NCBI GenBank assembly: GCA_016190245.1
Contig: JACPQY010000024.1
Location: forward strand, 121,620 to 185,619
DNA length: 64,000 bases
From: Nitrospirota bacterium
Lineage (GTDB): Bacteria; JACPQY01
Direction of reading: 5' to 3'
Shown here piece after piece: positions 59,683 to 64,000 of the stretch (its first letter is position 1; each line of letters begins with the position of its first letter). Below the pieces are notes generated by a model, which saw only the letters and a program-made list of their open reading frames with translations, was not told the DNA's origin and made no database searches. Made by a program: the position numbers and the translations under genes.

Positions 59683-61002
59683 ATGCGTAACCCCCGGAGG
59701 GCTGCACGCTCAATCAGCCCTCTCCTCGCGCTCATTATCACCGTTCTCCTCGCCCCCGCCACCTCCGGGGCGCGCGAGCCCGAAGGCATCTTCCCCGAGA
59801 TCCGCGGCACCTTCGATCCCGCCGCGCTCGTGCCGATCCTCGAGCGGGCCTCGATTGTCGTGATCCACGAGCAACCGGGCAAACCAACCTACATCACGGG
59901 CATCCTTCTCATCCACGCCTCGTTCGAGAAGGTCTGGAGCGTGGTGACGGACTACGATCACTACCACGAGTTCGTGCCCAACGTGATCCACGTCATCGTG
60001 AAAGAAAAACGGCCCCAGGAGGGCACACAGGACTCCGAGTACAAGACCGGATTCAAGGCCGGCCCCATCGAGCTTGGAATCGTGTGGACCTTGGAGCAGC
60101 ACCTCCTGAAAGACGAGCACATGATCTGGGGCCTCCCCGCGAAGAAAGGCGAGCAGGCGTTCACGGAGGTCAACTACCGCGAGATCTACTTCCCGGTGGA
60201 CGAAACTCGCACGATCATGACCTACACCACATATGCGAATCTCTCCTCGTTCGGCGCGCTCGCCAAGCTCATGTTCAAAACCTTCCCCGAGTTGGAGACG
60301 CCCACCCTCGTCTCCGTGGGAACGCTCTTCCCGGAGTCCGTCAAGGAGCGCGTGGAGGGAATCAAGATCATCGTCGAGCCCAAGGACCTGGACCGGCAGA
60401 AGGTGGCCGTCCCCCCCCCACTGCGCAACAGCGCCGCCCTCGAAGGGCTGGTTCGGCGGTTCAAGAAGGTCGTCCTCTCGTGGTACCCGGATCCGAACGG
60501 AGCGCGCTTCGTCTCCTCCGTGGCCCTCGTGGACGCCTCCCCCGAGGCCTGCCGAACCGTCGTGTCGGACTTCAACCGCTACCCCAAGATCTTCAAGGTC
60601 ATGCAGAAATCACGGAAGATCAAAGGCGACGAGAAGGCCTTCACAGTCGAGTTCGACGTCAAGTACAAGGTCATTTTCCCGCTGGCGTTCGAGTACTCGC
60701 TCGACTATGCGTGGAGCGAGGACCGGTCGCGCCTTTCGAGCACGCTCAACCAGATTCGCGAACACAACCTGGGTAACGAATGGGCCGCGTGGGATTTCTA
60801 TCCGATGGACAACGGGACACTGCTCAGCTACACGAACTTCGCCGACCTCCGTTCGGCAGGGATGTTTATGCGCCTGCTCATGGACAACATCGTGGGATTC
60901 GGTCTTGGATTGCGCGTGGGCATGGTCTCGGTCCTGATGCAGGCTTTCTCGACAGCCATCATGGCCCCCCCCCCGGCCGCGGTGTCGGGGATGGGATTCT
61001 GA
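59683..61002 (+). CDS. Secreted tandem SRPBCC/START (polyketide cyclase-like) domain protein
   Basis: Signal peptide; two repeats I.AS.E.VW.VV.DY..Y.EF.P and VDASPE....VV.DF..YP.I. Confidence 0.8.
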   Translation: MRNPRRAARSISPLLALIITVLLAPATSGAREPEGIFPEIRGTFDPAALVPILERASIVVIHEQPGKPTYITGILLIHASFEKVWSVVTDYDHYHEFVPNVIHVIVKEKRPQEGTQDSEYKTGFKAGPIELGIVWTLEQHLLKDEHMIWGLPAKKGEQAFTEVNYREIYFPVDETRTIMTYTTYANLSSFGALAKLMFKTFPELETPTLVSVGTLFPESVKERVEGIKIIVEPKDLDRQKVAVPPPLRNSAALEGLVRRFKKVVLSWYPDPNGARFVSSVALVDASPEACRTVVSDFNRYPKIFKVMQKSRKIKGDEKAFTVEFDVKYKVIFPLAFEYSLDYAWSEDRSRLSSTLNQIREHNLGNEWAAWDFYPMDNGTLLSYTNFADLRSAGMFMRLLMDNIVGFGLGLRVGMVSVLMQAFSTAIMAPPPAAVSGMGF

Positions 61003-61097
61003 TACGGGAGCCGCGAGTCCGTCATGGGGCGGAGAGCCGCGAGCAGAACATGGGGAACCCACAGAAATTGAGCGGGAGGTAAGGAGGCAAACGCAAC

Positions 61098-62288
61098 GTG
61101 AACGTACATGAGTACCAAGCGAAGGATCTCTTGAAGGCCTTCCAGGTGCCGGTGCCGCGCGGTGTGCTCGCGCGCACCCCTGAGGAGGCCCGGCAGGCCG
61201 CGCTCCAACTGGGCACGTGGCCTGTCGTGATCAAGGCCCAGGTGCACGCCGGGGGCCGTGGCAAGGCCGGCGGCATCCGGCTTGCGTCGAGTGAGGCCGA
61301 AGTGGCGAACCTCGCGCCGAAGATGATCGGGATGACCCTCGTCACCCCGCAAACGGGCGCGCAGGGCAAGAAGGTCCGCATGCTTTACATCGAAGAGGGC
61401 CTGCCCATTGCAAAGGAGTACTACCTCAGTCTGGTCCTGGATCGGAGCCGCAACCGGATCGTGGCGATGGCCAGCACCGAGGGCGGTATGGAGATCGAGG
61501 AGGTCGCCCGCAAGACGCCCGAGAAGATCGTCAAGGTCGCGATCGATCCCGCCATCGGCGCCCTGCCGTCGCACGGACGCCGGGCCGGCCAGGCGCTCGG
61601 GCTCAATGGAGAGGCGCTTTCCCGGTTCGTGGGCCTCCTCAGCGCGCTCTATCGCGCCTACGTGGGGCTCGACGCCAGTCTTCTCGAAATCAACCCGCTC
61701 GTCCGCACGAAGGACGATCGGTGGTATGCGCTGGACGCAAAGGTGAACCTGGACGACAACGCCCTCTTCCGCCACAAGAACTACCTCGACCTGCGCGATG
61801 CCGCCGAGGAGGACCCCATGGAGGTCGAGGCCGCGAAACACGATCTCAGCTACATCCACCTCGATGGAAACATCGGCTGCATGGTGAACGGCGCGGGCCT
61901 CGCGATGTCCACGATGGACATCATCAAGCTCCACGGCGGCGAGCCCGCCAATTTCCTGGATGTGGGCGGCGGCGCCGGCGTGGAGAAGGTGGCCGCGGCG
62001 TTCAAGATCCTCGTTGCCGACAGGAACGTGAAGGCGATCCTCGTCAACATCTTCGGGGGCATCTTGCGGTGCGACACGCTCGCGCAGGGCATCGTGACGG
62101 CCGCCCGCGAGGTGTGGGGCAAGGGCGAGAAGATCGAGATGCCGCTCCCGCTCGTGGTCCGGCTCGAAGGCACCAACGTGGACCAAGGGAGAAAGACCCT
62201 GGCCGATTCCGGCCTGCCCATCATCGTGGCGGCCGACCTCGGGGACGGCGCGAAGAAGGCCGTCGCCGCCGCGAAGGGGGTGAGGTGA
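61098..62288 (+). CDS. sucC: Succinate--CoA ligase (ADP-forming) beta subunit
   Basis: [61 protein letters not shown]. Confidence 0.97.
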   Translation: MNVHEYQAKDLLKAFQVPVPRGVLARTPEEARQAALQLGTWPVVIKAQVHAGGRGKAGGIRLASSEAEVANLAPKMIGMTLVTPQTGAQGKKVRMLYIEEGLPIAKEYYLSLVLDRSRNRIVAMASTEGGMEIEEVARKTPEKIVKVAIDPAIGALPSHGRRAGQALGLNGEALSRFVGLLSALYRAYVGLDASLLEINPLVRTKDDRWYALDAKVNLDDNALFRHKNYLDLRDAAEEDPMEVEAAKHDLSYIHLDGNIGCMVNGAGLAMSTMDIIKLHGGEPANFLDVGGGAGVEKVAAAFKILVADRNVKAILVNIFGGILRCDTLAQGIVTAAREVWGKGEKIEMPLPLVVRLEGTNVDQGRKTLADSGLPIIVAADLGDGAKKAVAAAKGVR

Positions 62289-62291
62289 GCC

Positions 62292-63200
62292 ATGGCCGTA
62301 CTGATTGATCGCAGATCGAAAGTCCTGATCCAGGGCATCACGGGCAGCAACGGCGCCTTCCACGCCCGCCAGTGCCTCGAATACGGCACGAAGATCGTGG
62401 CCGGGGTGACGCCGGGGAAGGGAGGCGAATCCTTCGACCCTCAAAACGGCAAGCCGAAGCCCGTGCCCATCTTCGACACCGTGGAAGAAGCCAAACGCAA
62501 GACGGGGGCGAACGTCTCCGCCATCTTCGTGCCCGCCGCGTTCGCCATGGATGCGATGGTGGAAGCCATCGATGCCGAGATGGACGTGGTGGTGTGCATC
62601 ACCGAAGGAATTCCCGCGTACGACATGGTGCGGGTGAAACGCTACCTCGATGGGAAGAAGACTCGACTCATCGGGCCGAACTGCCCGGGGCTCATCACGC
62701 CGGGCGAGTGCAAGGTGGGCATCATGCCCGGCTACATCCACAAGAAAGGCGGCGTAGGGATCGTTTCGCGCAGCGGCACGCTCACCTACGAGGCCGTCTG
62801 GCAGCTCACGCAGCGGGGGATCGGACAGTCCACCTGCATCGGGATCGGTGGCGATCCGATCATCGGGACAGGCTTCGTGGACGCGCTGGACCTGTTCAAC
62901 AATGATCGCCAGACCAAGGCCGTGGTCATGATTGGCGAGATCGGCGGCACGCAGGAGGAGGAGGCTGCCGAGTTCATCCGTCGGCACGTGAAGAAACCGG
63001 TTGTCGCGTTCATCGCGGGCCAGACAGCGCCGCCGGGCCGCAGGATGGGCCACGCGGGCGCGATCATTTCTCAAGGGACCGGCACGGCGGCCTCCAAGAT
63101 GGAGGCGCTGAAGCGCGCCAAGGTCGAGGTGGTCAAGAGCCCCGCCTCGATCGGCGAGGCGATGGCGAAGAAACTCCGGCGCGGGCGCGCGCGGGGCTGA
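62292..63200 (+). CDS. sucD: Succinate--CoA ligase alpha subunit
   Basis: [49 protein letters not shown]. Confidence 0.97.
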   Translation: MAVLIDRRSKVLIQGITGSNGAFHARQCLEYGTKIVAGVTPGKGGESFDPQNGKPKPVPIFDTVEEAKRKTGANVSAIFVPAAFAMDAMVEAIDAEMDVVVCITEGIPAYDMVRVKRYLDGKKTRLIGPNCPGLITPGECKVGIMPGYIHKKGGVGIVSRSGTLTYEAVWQLTQRGIGQSTCIGIGGDPIIGTGFVDALDLFNNDRQTKAVVMIGEIGGTQEEEAAEFIRRHVKKPVVAFIAGQTAPPGRRMGHAGAIISQGTGTAASKMEALKRAKVEVVKSPASIGEAMAKKLRRGRARG

Positions 63201-63217
63201 ACCGCCCACCGGCGCCT

Positions 63218-64000
63218 ATGCTCGCCAAGCTCGCAGAGGCCCTCACCCGCTGGAGCACGCGGTGGGTGCCGGACTCCTTCGTCATCGTTTTCATCTTGAC
63301 CCTGCTCGTGTTCGGGCTGGCCAAAGGGCTCACGCCGTCTTCGTGGTCCGCCCTTGTTCAGGGATGGGGCGACGGACTTTGGGCGCTCCTCGCGTTTTCG
63401 GCTCAGATGTGCCTCATCATGATCGCCGGGCATCTGCTGGCCAGCACCCCCGTCTTCAAGCTGATCCTGGGGCGCCTCGCGTCGTGGCCGAAGGGCCCGC
63501 GCTCGGCCATTTTTCTCGTCGCACTCACCTCGATGCTCCTCGCGCTGCTGAATTGGGGGCTCAGCCTCATCGGAAGCGCGGTTCTCGTCCGCGAGGTCGC
63601 GCGGCATCGGCGGGACACGGACTACCGCCTCATGGTGGCGAGCGGGTATCTCGGGCTGGGCGCGGTCTGGCATGCGGGTTTCTCCGGCTCGGCCCCGCTC
63701 CTCGTCGCCACGAGCGACCACTTTCTCGCCAAGCAGATCGGCGTCATCCCCATCACGCAGACGACGCTCAGTCCGTTCAATCTTACCCTGACGCTCGCAG
63801 TGCTCGTCGTCCTGAGCTTGGCGGGTATCCTTCTCCATCCCCGATCCACGGTGCCAGGCGCTCCGGTCGAGGCCCGGACCGAGTCTGGGAGTGACGCGAC
63901 GGCCGCGCCCCCTCGAACGCCTGCCGAACGCTTGGAACGATCCCCGTGGGTGACGCGCTGCCTGGCCGTTCTCGGCGTAGGGTACCTTGTCATCATCTTC
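63218..64000 (+). CDS. atoE: Short-chain fatty acid transporter (AtoE-like), runs off the window end
   Basis: Manual translation: RWVPDSFVI...LT, WGDGLW.LLAF.AQM.LI...GH.LA..P, NWGL.L, DYRL.VA.GY, WH.G.SGSAPL. Confidence 0.85.
   Translation, partial: MLAKLAEALTRWSTRWVPDSFVIVFILTLLVFGLAKGLTPSSWSALVQGWGDGLWALLAFSAQMCLIMIAGHLLASTPVFKLILGRLASWPKGPRSAIFLVALTSMLLALLNWGLSLIGSAVLVREVARHRRDTDYRLMVASGYLGLGAVWHAGFSGSAPLLVATSDHFLAKQIGVIPITQTTLSPFNLTLTLAVLVVLSLAGILLHPRSTVPGAPVEARTESGSDATAAPPRTPAERLERSPWVTRCLAVLGVGYLVIIF

Overview
High-GC bacterial chromosome segment; gene content looks Deltaproteobacteria/Myxococcota-like (impression only, no phylogeny run). Housekeeping genes: secA (truncated by the window edge), DAHP synthase, tgt, sucCD and an AtoE-type SCFA transporter. 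They are interspersed with many secreted/lipoprotein hydrolases and large surface beta-propeller proteins, a TetR-led lipid/sterol-type catabolic cluster, and a MerR-led ABC/TolC exporter. Accessory highlights: (1) A ~10.5 kb defence island (11141-21620) bracketed by a bipartite direct repeat. It holds an N6-adenine MTase, an AT-rich toxin-antitoxin-SecB chaperone (TAC) module, an AAA+/DUF4143 ATPase and a PLD-SNF2 helicase; the MTase and the TAC toxin are each interrupted by a single in-frame TAG. (2) A stand-alone winged-helix + Cas2/PaaX-like gene embedded among three 34-bp palindromic sites (51050-52007), the best candidate for an undescribed system. (3) A paralogous lipoprotein family with a shared N-terminal module, G-V-R-x tetrapeptide repeats and swapped C-terminal propellers. 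(4) Many TA/HEPN genes, REP/MITE-like elements and IS remnants. No rRNA, tRNA or CRISPR array was recognised. All product calls come from motif recognition by eye, not database searches.
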